DNA of 64,000 bases from Paraphysomonas bandaiensis. Its lineage: Eukaryota; Protista; Chrysophyceae. Below are positions 20,701 through 33,194 of this stretch, piece by piece; the stretch's first letter is position 1; each line of letters begins with the position of its first letter. The notes beneath the pieces are model-generated. The model saw only the letters and a list, made by a program, of their open reading frames with translations. It searched no databases and was not told the origin of the DNA. A program made the translations under genes and the position numbers. The stretch is from NCBI GenBank assembly GCA_965644295.1, contig CBFFRP010000070.1, positions 1-64,000 of the forward strand. The letters are read 5' to 3'.

Positions 20701-23422
20701 ATATCCCACTTTTACGAATATTTGGATCACCGTATAACGGACTTGCCGAACAATAAATGTTCGGAAAATCGGTTTATCTCCACCGTATAATTATGATATC
20801 TAGAATATCTCGATTTTACGAACACATTATTGTTCGGCATTTTTTTACCGTTTGGCCACTATCGCCATTCAAACCATACAACACCAATGCCCATAAACTG
20901 CAAGAACAAAGAACTTAGAACAAATAAAGCACTTAAAACAAACCAAGCACAATGGATATTATTAGAGAGCAAAGTGAGTTCAGAGATGAGATTGCACAGC
21001 AAACCAAGCAGATGCGGTTAACGGATAGCACCCGCAGGCAATATGCAGACAGGGTCAGGGCCTTTGCACATTGGCTTGATGAGCATTACCCCGCCTGCGT
21101 GGAAAGAGACAACGGTGACAAGCTCACACCAATACTACCGATACCTGACGTAGTCATGGAAAAGTACATGGCTCATGTGCTTCTTAAAATAGACAGCCGC
21201 ACTGGTCTGTACTATGACCCTCCACAATATTACTCGTTTGCACACGTTAATGGACATCGAAGTGCTCTTAAGAATATGTACACGGAAAAGCGAATGAACC
21301 CTTCACCGGAAATAGAGAGTATGTTTAAGGAAACTCTCGAGGGATTCAAGAGGAAGGTTGCTGACCTTAAGCAGCGTGGCTTATTACCTTCACGAGAAGG
21401 CAAGGCTGCAATGACCATGAAAGGGTACATATTTCTTGCAGAGAAAGCAGCTAAACAGGACCATGACTTTGGACTGTATACATTTTGCTTGTCCTATTTA
21501 TTGCTATGCTGGAATTTGATAGCAAGATCTGTAACAGTTGCACATATAATGTACGATCATATATCTTGGGAGGAGGATGCACTGACCATTAATATTGGCA
21601 AACAGAAGAATGATCAAGAGGGAAGCAATGGATTTCCGCGTCATATATATGCAAACCCAAAAAACCCTATAATATGTCCTATTTTGGCATTATCAGTATG
21701 GGTGTTTACTCAAGGCTATCATCGTGAAGGCTCTGATAGGCGCCTCTTCGGGAACCCAAGAAGTTCTCAAGATCGATTTGAGAAATGGCTCTCTAAAGTA
21801 CTTAAAACATTTGCTGATGCTATTATATCTCTGGGTATAATGATTGCAGAAATAGGAACACACTCATTCAGAAAAGGTGTTGCAACGGCATTAGCTAATT
21901 GCCCTGGTGGACCCAGTGCCATAAATATATGGTTGCGAGCTGGATGGAGTTTAGGACCCGTTCAGAGTCGATACATATTTGAAGGAGCAGGTGGAGATCA
22001 ATTTGTTGGCAGGGCAGCTACAGGTATATCAAGCAGTGATCCCGACTTTGCTATTCTTCCACCTCATTTCGATGACACTAATGGCCCGGTTCTATCCGTT
22101 GAAGAATGGGAAGACATACTGCCTGGCTTCACATCATTCTATCCTGAGAATTTTAGAGTGGCTTTGCCTTATCTTCTTGCTTCGCTGGCATATCATCATG
22201 ACTGGCTATTAGACACTCTTTCACCAAATCATCCTCTGTTTCTTCAAAGAGTTTGGACAAGTGGTATACTACAACGTCTACGACCGAAAGTATTAACTGG
22301 TGTGTTTCGAAATGATGTGTCAAGAATGAATGCTACTGGTGTTCCACCCAATGTGATTCTAGCTAATCGTATGTCGTCGCTGGAAGCAAATGTCGGGAAC
22401 TTATCTAGAGGTATGCGAGAAATGCATACGACATTACCGGAAGCATTGTGTACGAGAATGCTTGATAAGTTTACAGTTAATGGTGCGGTGCCAATAACTA
22501 GTACCGACATCGATAGTCTACGCGAAACACTTTTAGAAGAAATCAGAACAAGATGTACTCCACATAATGTGGAGCAAATTTCTACACAAGAAGAGCAATC
22601 CACATCACAAGAGAAGCCTGGATTTTACACATGGGGAGGGCGCCATCATTTGTTTCCAGAGGGCTTTCGTTTTCCAAAAGGTAACATAAAAATGCTGTGG
22701 GATCTGTGGTGGGGGGGAGAACCTCAGAGACATATATTACCCTACAGAAAAATCAAAGGCTTCGATTTATCCCGAACTGACCGGGTAAACTGGAGTAAAT
22801 GTACCTGCATCATGAACGCACTAGTCTCCAAGGGCATAGAGATGAACGAGATCGGAGCAGTAGAGGATATTAGTAGCCTACTACCACGACAAAGAGATGC
22901 GTTATTCAGCAAAGTGTTTATACCTTTCTGTATGAACATATTCGCGGTTGCTAATCCCGTTCTTCTCGATGATATAGGCATCGGAAAAATGTCATATACG
23001 ACATTCTACGATTACATGAAGGGTCGCAAGAGGAATAAACGTAGACGGAATGAAATGGAGCAAACGGAAGAAGATAATTGACTGGTACATGTCTATGTTT
23101 GTGTCGTATATACGTGAGGGGGTCTGTGAGACTATTAACAGTCACCTTCACGTATATACATGAACAGACATCGCATTAATGGAGGGGTTGATGAGAATAT
23201 GACGCTCAAGTAGATAGCTATCGGCTTCTGGTGTAGATATCATCTTGTTTCATGGCACTACTGACAGTTTAAAGTAACATGTAAAGTTGAACGTTAGATG
23301 ACATACACATACAACACCATTCTACAACAGTACTCTACCACAATTATACAACAGTATACAGCAGTAATACTACATAATACCGTTCTGTTCGTATACTGTT
23401 CGTAAAAGCGGACCTTCTATAA
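20701..23422 (+). mobile_element. Crypton-type element, unit 2 (head-to-tail copy)
   Basis: Repeat of 17979-20700 at offset 2722. Confidence 0.85.
20952..23081 (+). CDS. Tyrosine recombinase, identical second copy
   Basis: Translation identical to 18230-20359. Confidence 0.88.
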   Translation: MDIIREQSEFRDEIAQQTKQMRLTDSTRRQYADRVRAFAHWLDEHYPACVERDNGDKLTPILPIPDVVMEKYMAHVLLKIDSRTGLYYDPPQYYSFAHVNGHRSALKNMYTEKRMNPSPEIESMFKETLEGFKRKVADLKQRGLLPSREGKAAMTMKGYIFLAEKAAKQDHDFGLYTFCLSYLLLCWNLIARSVTVAHIMYDHISWEEDALTINIGKQKNDQEGSNGFPRHIYANPKNPIICPILALSVWVFTQGYHREGSDRRLFGNPRSSQDRFEKWLSKVLKTFADAIISLGIMIAEIGTHSFRKGVATALANCPGGPSAINIWLRAGWSLGPVQSRYIFEGAGGDQFVGRAATGISSSDPDFAILPPHFDDTNGPVLSVEEWEDILPGFTSFYPENFRVALPYLLASLAYHHDWLLDTLSPNHPLFLQRVWTSGILQRLRPKVLTGVFRNDVSRMNATGVPPNVILANRMSSLEANVGNLSRGMREMHTTLPEALCTRMLDKFTVNGAVPITSTDIDSLRETLLEEIRTRCTPHNVEQISTQEEQSTSQEKPGFYTWGGRHHLFPEGFRFPKGNIKMLWDLWWGGEPQRHILPYRKIKGFDLSRTDRVNWSKCTCIMNALVSKGIEMNEIGAVEDISSLLPRQRDALFSKVFIPFCMNIFAVANPVLLDDIGIGKMSYTTFYDYMKGRKRNKRRRNEMEQTEEDN

Positions 23423-23600
23423 GTATCTATCTACAGGAGTCTATACCGGTAGACTGCTGTATGCTGTATACCTACACAAGCAGCAAGTCGAGTGCGCTGC
23501 GGCAGTGTTCTGATAGGCTACGAGTACATACATACCCACATAGAGCAAGTGCACCCACCTCATACATAAAATCTCATAGATCTACACGTGACCGGCGCCC

Positions 23601-26381
23601 ATGTCCATACTCCTTCTACTGCTATCTGTCACATCATTCATCTCCGTCTGCTCTGTCTCCGATGATCTCTTCTATCAGGATATCTCTCACAGGTCTGTGT
23701 ATGCAGAGGGTCATACAGCCAACTGGGAACAGCTCCCCTTCACAGGCATCAATAAAGGGAACTCCCTGTTCTTGAGGGGCATCAGCTGCTTCTTATCTGT
23801 CTCTGATGGGGTCCTGTATTCGTCCTCTGTGAACCCCACTCAGAATAAGATCAAACTAGAGAGCCCCTTTAAAGCATGGAGGAGTGCCTACACTCTTAAC
23901 GGGGACGCTCTTGCCCTCGCTGTTAATCCCAATAATGAGAATTCCTTCTATGTCGTCACTGCAGATAATATTGAAGAGGTGCATCTGATCAATTCTACAG
24001 CTGATAATTCATGCGGAGCTGTGGAGTCTGTCGATTCGTTGCTGCCGAATGCATCGCCCTGGGGGATTGTAAATGCAGTTACAGCTTCAAAGCTATCCAT
24101 ATGGGTTGCATCCTCAGACAGAGGCCTGATTCAGGTATGAGCCTTTTTGTTTTATCGACGACACCACACTTGCGTATGGACTGTTATGTTGTTTTGAAAT
24201 CTGTGGCACGATTAACAGATTGAGGATGTAGGTGGACTTGGAGTCTGGTGAAACTTCCGTTGTTCCCGTTGATGACGCTGATGTGCGATCCTTGTATTGG
24301 GTTCAACCTTGGCAGCAGTTGTTCGTTGGTACACCCACTGCTCTATATACGCTGACCTACTCCCAGACAACCATCGCGTCGACAGACCACGAGTGGGTCG
24401 GTGCTATTATTGACACCGTACCACTGGATATGGCTTACGAAGAAGTGTATGACTCTCTATGGATAGCAAACAGAGAAAGTGTTCACCGGCTTACGAGGTC
24501 AGGTATGCTGTGGAGATATGGGCAGCGACAAGGAGCTCCTACGGGTAATATCACCTCCGTAACTTGCACGACCGGGATGGTATATGTTGGTACACTCTAT
24601 GGTGTAGCAAGAGTGGCTGGTAATGCTGATCCCACTCAGATCGATCAGCTCATGACTCATGCAACTACTAGTACTACTGATCCGTGGAAGTGGTCTTACT
24701 ACGAAGGCCATAGATACTTACCCCATGACCACACAATTGCCGTCGTGGGGGGGCGTGTGTCAAGCTCGGCTGTGGTACTGGCAGTATGTGAGACTGGACT
24801 TGCTCTTCTGGAAAGTGCTTTGTGGACGTTAAAAGAGAAGTCACTGTCAATGGGGACCTTTCAAAACCCTCGCCACAATCGACATGGGCTCACTACTGGT
24901 GTGAATCTCAACGAATATGGTGATTTGAATACTTATGTTCAACACTGTGACGACAACGATGGACTATGGACCAGTATGCATGCCATGGGTGAGATTTACC
25001 GGTACATGGTAACTGGTGAATTGGAAGCAAAGCAACTAGCGTGGACTGCTTTTGAGGCACTTGAATTGCTGAACATTCTACCAGGTGATGTAAACATTAA
25101 GTACAGTGTCAACCCTTTTTTTCCCCTCACCTGGCACGAGTAATGGTATTGATATAGGAGCTTATCCCAGATTTCCAGCCAGATCATTTTGTCTTTTGAA
25201 TGAATCTGAAACTCTGAGTGGCTGTAGTGGTGACGTATGGGTACAATCTGATGTAAATCCTAACTATATGTGGAAATCCACCACAAGTTCTGATGAAATT
25301 GATGGACATCTTGCCGTTCTTCCAATGATGTACGATCATATCGCATCCACAGATGAAGAGAAAGCTAGAGTATACGCTTTAATTGAAGGTAGAGTATAAC
25401 ATATTGCACATGACATGATACACTATAGTGTAGATATACAACTTGTTCCATGCTGGTACATTGTGTTGTGGTGTAATATATATCTCAGGAATTACAGGGG
25501 GTATCGTTGCGAATGACCTCTATCTTATTGACCCCTCCACCGGTGAGCCAACACACTGGGGCTTTTGGAACCCAGAACTGGTTAATGATGACCCAGAACA
25601 CTACTCCGAACGGGGAACTAATTCTCTTGGAATTCTAGCATACTTGGCCTCGGCCTACAGTGTCACTCACAACGAACTCTACGTGAAAGTGTTTTGGGAC
25701 TTGGGAATTAACCAAGGATATATCAAGAACTGTATGAATGCGAAAATTGACTGTCCAATGGAAGATAACCATAGCGATAACGAGCTGCTGTTTCAAGCGT
25801 ACCACATTCTCTTCTATGCCCTTCAGAGACTTCCATTGGATGACCCCGAGGTATCCCATATTCGTGAGGAGGTTTCTCGTATGGTGAACGCATTGGTTCC
25901 TTCAATTGATCGTATGTGGCACATAGTGCAAGGCGAGCGCAGTCCTTTGTGGCTTGGAATATATGCAGGTATTACAAAGTGGCGATTTGTGAGTTTTATA
26001 TGTATTGTGCATGGCGCTTCACATTCTGTTATAGTTCGTGAGTAAATGGTTCTGTATTTAGGTACCTGCCAGCGCCCAGTGAGCGAGAAAGATATATCTG
26101 ATGCTGTTTGGACATTGCGTCGGTGGGCCATTGATATGATAGTATGGCCAATCAAAAATTCTAATCGATGGGACATTACGGAGAGCCCATTCTTTCCACG
26201 GGACTCCTCCACAAATCATTTGATGCGCCAAATCATTCCCCCCGCAGAGAGAGTGACCACAAAGTGGAACGCGGACCCGTTTATATTTGATGCCGGCAGT
26301 GGATACAGTGAAGAGGCTCCATATGTATGGAGGCTGCCGTACTATCTGATGTTGTATAACAATCTCATTACTGATGAGTAA
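23601..26381 (+). CDS. Multi-exon secreted protein: beta-propeller-like N-half plus conserved bacterial-type helical C-half, function unknown
   Basis: Signal peptide; ~5 exons joined by GT-AG introns (~24136-24231, 25085-25157, 25389-25488, 25969-26061); motifs DNDGLWT, TSSDE..GH, WGFWNP, NHSDNEL, KWNADPF. Confidence 0.75.
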
Positions 26382-29242
26382 ATATGCTCAAGAGAGCGCT
26401 TTATGAATTTGAATTTGTATTTTTGTATCGTGAGCTCGGCCCTATATTGTGAGTAACCAATGTACACGCCATACTGGTCGCAACCGATCAACTTCTAGTA
26501 GTCTCCATTGTTGCGGAAAATTGCTTCACTCTTATCAGTAATAACACATTTATTGATTTGTACATGCTTGTTTATCCAAGCGATTATATATTGCAGCTTT
26601 AGATGTGTACATGAGTGGTCTACTGAGCCATTATGATATAAGGATAAAGAGAAGATGACGTTGGTAGTAGTATGTGATAAGTGGTAGTTAGTAGCTAGAA
26701 TTCCTAGTTAGGAATAATGAAATAAGTACTAAGGTCAGAAATTGGGTAACACACACAATATCTTTGATTTTTATGATGGGTTTGTGGTATGTGGCAGGAA
26801 TGTTCCATAACCGCATGGAACGGATTGATGTTGCTTCTTCATCACAGTGTGAACAATTTGTGGTGTTGAGTTAAGTCTTGAAATTCACAGTTGGTCGGTA
26901 TTACAGAAAAATAACTATTAGAATATAGTTAAAATGAGAATGAATGAGAGTGTGCTGCAGGCTTCCGTAACAATGAATTGGTTACAGGTGTCCAACAACA
27001 ATAAGTGCTATTATTTACAAAGCATCCAGTTATTGGCATTTTGCAGTGAATTCCCTACAATTCTATTTCTGGATTTTAGAATAGCTTTCTAAAATATAAA
27101 CTCATCCCACCAAAGATTTGCCCGCAGGAACATTAATATTTCAAGGTGTTACTAAAATCTTAGCTCTCTGCTAAACTAAACTACTCTTACAAACATTGGT
27201 AGTACTATGTAATTCAAACACTTCAGTATTGAAAGTCTTATTATTAGCAATAGGTGTAAAAACTCAGCACCAGCTCGGCGACGTACAACCAAACCGGGCG
27301 TTCATATTATCGTAGAATACATGCGTATTTTGTATGTGATAGTATTAGTAAGGTATATATTATATATGATAATAATATAAACCTTTATGGAAAATTTGGC
27401 TATTCGTGGCTATGTAGCTGTTTCTAGTGTCAGAAATTTTCTAAAACTACGTTACGTATGAGACAATAGGTAATAGTAGGCATAGCGGATATGGATATAC
27501 GTTTTATAGACCCTCAACAAAGTTCTGGAGGATAAGTTCCGGGAAACTAACGTGAGCCGCATATATATAGTCTGATAACGTTCTGTCCACTCATAGCCTA
27601 ATAATGCTTGTGTGGTACAAGAGGGACACCAATAAAAGTGTAAGTGTCGCTTGTGTAGACGACTTTGGGCCTCTTGACGAATAAACAGGTATCCGGGAAT
27701 GGGCTCACCTCAAGATGCAGACGCATATATAGCTATCTTCACCACTACTTACAGTCGTAGTATTAGTATCTATGCTCGGAGACGACGCGGCAACGGGCAC
27801 ATTACTAGTAGGTGGAGGATCATATAAGCAGGTGGACGATCATCATTTTTTCTCATCAAAAGATCACGAAGTTCTGCTAGTCCGGACATCATTTCCTGAC
27901 GAAGTTCAGCAGCAGTGGGAGGTATCAGATCTGCTTTCTGCTGGGATTTGACGACCTCGCCATCACCTTTATGAACAGTACTACTTATTCTGCTCGTGCG
28001 CTTTCGTGGTACCTCTTCCTCCGAGTCGTCGTTGGATATATGTCGCCACGAATGTCGACGACATTCTTCTTCCTTTTGCACTTTCCTACACCATTACACA
28101 CAGCAGTTAGTACACAGTGTATAGTAACAACGCACAACAATAATCAGAACAATACCGCATATATATACGAACTACGATCCCGTCATCATCTTTATGAACA
28201 GTATTACTTACCCTGCTCGTGCACTTTCATGGTATCTCTTCCTCCGGGTCGTTGGGTATGTCATCTGAGAGTGGGGTATCGTACAAAGAATAGCTTTATA
28301 ATATTATGCTTGACGGAATAGCTTGAACTGTATAATATGTGTGTGTAGTCGGTGACTTTTATTGCTGTAAAACTGAAGTAAAATATATGCAAGAAAGTAG
28401 TAAAAAATATTATAAACAATATTCCTCACATATCTTCATAGCTAGTTATTGTGCATATTTATACCCTTTTCCGACCATCAGCAAATATTTCACCAGGTTT
28501 TGGTACTACCTCGACTTAAGGGCATCTGGGGCATTGGGCTGCCTCTACTGAAGTCAAGCATCCCGGCGGTTCACATTCACTACTGATTATAGATATATAC
28601 TATACTTTAAGTGTGCTACAGCTTTTAGGTCTCCAGTGTTATTACCCCGTTATTGAGTTACTTATATTGCCCTAATTTGGCTGTGCACATAGAATAAGAA
28701 GATAAGGATATTTGTGTTTAAGTCGCGTCAAATAAAAATCTCAGTGATTTTAACTGTACAGAGAACAAGGACGCAGACGATTGTGTTGTTCTTAGCTTCT
28801 TGATAAAATAGTAAGAAAGAAAAGGAGTACTCTATTCTTTGCGTCATTGTGTAGTGTACAATCGTATATCGTATCTATGCTTGTCTTCCACTTCAACATT
28901 TTCAATATAGAAGAAACATAACGTGCTTTGCATTTTCTTTGTCCTATATTCACGGTTAGTGTGTGGCTATTTCTTTGTTGATGATTGTTATGAACAAAAG
29001 CTGTTCTCAAATAAATTAAATTATGGTTAATTTCCGCTAACAAGAGAAGCAGAGCCTTTACTAGAATTATACTATTTCAAATGACAATATTTTAATATTG
29101 TAAGTTCTATCACAACCTTGAGAGCTACTACTTCGTTAAGTACTAGTTCATTGATAGCTATATAAAATTTAAAACTAAATATTCAAGAGGAAATACGAGG
29201 TTAAATACAATATATCCACATCGATACGCGTTCGAGACGTAA

Positions 29243-31774
29243 TCAGGCAGAAGTCTTAAATTCACTTGTTGAGCTAAAGCTGACTTCTTCACAGGGCTCC
29301 AATACGGAATACGTATGGTTACGTCCGGCTGGACTTTCCATATTATCACTCCCTTGAACGGTATCGTCACTCTCTGCAAGTGCAAACATATCAAATGTTG
29401 GATACCAAGAACCATTTTTCTTTACCTTCAGATGTCTCAGTAGTTTGTGTGAGGGCAAGAAGGAAATCTACACATAGAGGTAAGGAAAAATCGAGAAATA
29501 CAGAGAGCTGCTTTCACCTTCATATGACACCACACCACTATCATTTTTATCGAAGACAGATATTGCTTTCTCTATTTGCCGAGCAGTATAGGGATCTAGC
29601 TCTAGAATGCAAGTGCGTTATTGATGTGACGCTAACAAAAATTGTATACAAAACTGGATGTAGATATAGAGTCGCAGCATACCTGCAAATTTCTCTTTAC
29701 TATTCCTTTTTTTCTTCTGCGGAATTACACTCCACGTTTTCGAAGATATGGGAAGGAACGGTATTCGGCGGCGCACTTTTATATCATTATTAGAGTGTTG
29801 GCTGTCTCCACTCAGACTGAACGAACACGCAGCTACCGCAGCTCTGCTGATGGAAAACCGTCTTTTAGGCAGCGTGTCAACTTTGCCACTCTGCTTGCTA
29901 CAAAACCATAAGAGGTGTTAGCAGAATACATAGAATGGTAGTGCTACTGCAATGGTATAGTTCTAAGTGCAACGTAGTCAAAGAAATTTCGCACCTCGCT
30001 TCTTTATTGTGTGCTGTTCTTGGGGGACTTTCATCAGAGGATACCCATGGGCGTTCTGCGTGACGCTTGGTGGCAGACGTTACACTTAACACTCGCTGCA
30101 TATCAGCAAACGAAATATAACCTGGCTCGAGAACAAAACGTATTAGGGTCACAAAAAAAACAAATATCACTTACCTTTTTCGTCCTTGTCAAGCATATAG
30201 AATGCCGTATTAAGAGACTCAATGTCGAAGTCCTTAGGATTGAGAGTAGCAGCCAGAAACTCAGTAAAGGAGATCTGGTTGTCCCCATTTACATCAACAG
30301 CTTCAAATATTTTATCTATATCATCAGGCTGCAGTGACTGAGTGTTGTCGGGGTCTAGAATATTACAGGATTTCATGGCCGCTCGAAATTCATCTCGCGA
30401 TAAAACTCCGTCTTTGTCTAAGTCAAACGACTGAAAGAAAGCTCTTCTATCAGCAGTCTTCGCATGAGGCATGTTGTAGGCCACGGCCATCATGCTCGTT
30501 TGCTGTAGCACGTTGGATTCAGTTTGTCGCTTCAGACTATTAAATGTAGCCGCGGCCATGTGTATGTCGCTAACACTAACATCTGATGTTACGGAACTCA
30601 CTGAGAGTCTGCGTGCTGGACTTGACATTGGTTCTTCGCTGCTGTATTCAGGTACATCTGGAAGGTCAAGCCAAGGATGCTTCAACGCCTCTGCTGCTGA
30701 GCATCGCAGACGGTAGTCATGGACAAGCAAATGTCGTGTGAATGACATGGCCTCCTTAGAGAGAATAGACCAGTCAGATTTCCTGTAACAGCACCGTCCC
30801 ATAAGTATACTAGCTGCTACTGAACCCTTGTTTTTACCCTTCAGAGTAAGGGCTTCAAAGGGCTTCTTACCACTTAATAAAGTAAAAGTAACAACTCCAA
30901 CAGACCATACGTCGCATCTTTCATCGTACTCCTCCCTGATTACTTCAGGAGCTGATGTATATAGCGTTCCACATCGGGTCTTTAAAGGTGTGGCACCAAT
31001 ATAACGGGTCCCTAATCCGAAGTCGATAAGCTTTATCTGTGCGTCCCAACCAGTGTGCTCAAACATAATGTTGGCAAGCTTGATATCTCTATGGCATATT
31101 CCTCGCCCATGCATATGATTTACAGCAGACAGGAGTTGGCGTATAACGCGCTTTCCTGCAGCTTCACCAACACCAATAGGAGCTGTGGACTGTACTCTAT
31201 TTAACCAAGTCACTAGAGTGCCACCAGTACAGAGTTCCATTACAAATCCAACCTGAGCATGAAGACATTCAGTGCTACACCAATCGAGTATGATATCCAG
31301 AAAAAATTTCTCACCTCATTCTTAGAGTCGTATACAGCATATAATCTGATTATGTTAGGGTGGTCAATATCTTTCAATAACTTATACTCCCTCTCCAGTC
31401 TGTGTCTTCTATCTCCCTGAGTGCGGCACAATTTGATGGCATACTGAGCCCTTGTTGCCTTGTGAGAGCCAACCATAACCACACCGAATGAACCCTTGCC
31501 TACATCACCAATGAACACAGATCAACAGAACAGAGTTGAGCATACCAAGAGAGAATCTGTCAGCGATGAGGTAGGTCTCGTCTATTGGGGTGTTGTAAGT
31601 CATCACAAAGTTACCAGTTAACGTGTCTCTGTGATCCTTCTTCCACTGCACGCGATTCTCAATCATCTTTCTTGTCTCTATAGTCTTCTTCACTTTCTTG
31701 TATACGCCGCATACGATTAACACTCCGCAGAGAGTTCCACACACAGAGATCAGGATTATAACAGCTTCATTCAT
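29243..31774 (-). CDS. Calcium-dependent protein kinase (CDPK) with N-terminal hydrophobic anchor, multi-exon
   Basis: GKGSFG, AIK, HRDIK, DFG, APE, DVWS; EF loops DLDKDG, DVNGDN, DKDEKG|YIS, DKNDSGVVSYE; last exon ends TGA at 29243. Confidence 0.88.
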
Positions 31775-32444
31775 GTGACTATGCGGCCTGAGAGAGAATG
31801 AAGCTGTTAGAATGCCTATTCACTCCACTCACAGACGTATTCCTTTCTTGTTGAAGGAATAGTGATTGATATATGCGAGTTGTTGTTGTTGTTGTGTTGA
31901 TGATGCGGATCAGACTGAGACTTCCATACATATGATTCTGATTCGGGGGATGTATGTGTGTACGTATCTGTGCCCCTCTACACAGAGAATGCCTCTGATT
32001 TCATTGGAGCTCCTCTCACCAAAATTTGGTGGTCACTTATTGCTATGAATTCCATCATTTGGAAGGTGTCAGCTGATTGGTGGATAACATAATTGCATAG
32101 ATCTGATTGGTGAGAAGTGGACTTCCCTCTCATAGCAATGGTCTACACTGACTCCAGTTGTCCAGTATTCTATGTATTCAGCTGTAGTTTACGTACTTTT
32201 CTTCTATAAGTACCGTATACTGGTATACATACTGTATTCTGCGGATAATTCCAACGGGTTTCTTCGGATTATCATAACGGTTTCTAGTGCAGTGAGGAAC
32301 ATACACACACACATACACACATACACACACACACACATACACACATACATCAACAGCCAGCTTGTGACTTGGGTCACACAGCAAATTCTCAATCTTAATA
32401 CTGTCAGACTCACTTGAGAGTAACATAAGCAGTTGTATCTGAGC

Positions 32445-33194
32445 ATGTCTCATCATCGCAAACGATCTCACAGAAGCCGTGTGTCAAGACATCAGAATAG
32501 TTCCGATTCGCCTGTACAGAACATACAGAACAATGGCCGACAGCACAGTCACTCTCGTGCCCCACAGCAATTAGCAACTGTACAGCCTAAATCAGAACTA
32601 GAGTTCAATAGAAGTAGACGGAAGTTATGTCCGGGTGGCCGTGATCCGGTTCCTAAACTCTCTCTTGATGGTATTCAGAAGAATGAGTCATACAGTTCCC
32701 CCCCGTTACTAAAACGAGATAGAGATTGTTCAGGCAGGGACCAGTTCCTTCATGGGGGTGACAGTAAAACAAATTCAAGATTGCCTGGAATTGCGACACA
32801 AGATTATAACAAGAGTTCACTGTCTGATAAGGGTCGTCAGAGGCTAGGCCGAGGCCAGCTAAGCAACCTCGACACAAAGCAGGAAGTTGTAGACTTGTCC
32901 CGAGATCTCCCTCCGAAACGTATCAACCAGTTACAGCCTCTGTCATCAAAAGTTTCAATGGGGGCAGTTGGACCAGATTATGCCAGTGCGGCCCTGGAAG
33001 CTATGAGTCGTGTCGAACGTATGCAGAGTAAAGCTCAACGACTTCCATCTCTCTCTATGTCTAGTGGTGGAGCTGATGCTAGCAGTAGTATATCGAAGGG
33101 GGTTCATAAGACAGGCATTAGCGATTTTAACAGTGGAAGGATATCGTCGATGAATCGCAGATTAGCCCCTGTGTCTTCCACACGACCATGGTAG
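32445..33194 (+). CDS. Hypothetical low-complexity Ser/Arg-rich protein (may have an upstream exon)
   Basis: ~250-codon ORF divergent from CDPK; no recognisable domain. Confidence 0.5.
   Translation: MSHHRKRSHRSRVSRHQNSSDSPVQNIQNNGRQHSHSRAPQQLATVQPKSELEFNRSRRKLCPGGRDPVPKLSLDGIQKNESYSSPPLLKRDRDCSGRDQFLHGGDSKTNSRLPGIATQDYNKSSLSDKGRQRLGRGQLSNLDTKQEVVDLSRDLPPKRINQLQPLSSKVSMGAVGPDYASAALEAMSRVERMQSKAQRLPSLSMSSGGADASSSISKGVHKTGISDFNSGRISSMNRRLAPVSSTRPW

Noticed and set aside
32070-32112. Two CTGATTGG (CCAAT) boxes between divergent genes
   Set aside because: Plausible promoter elements, but too short to support without TSS data
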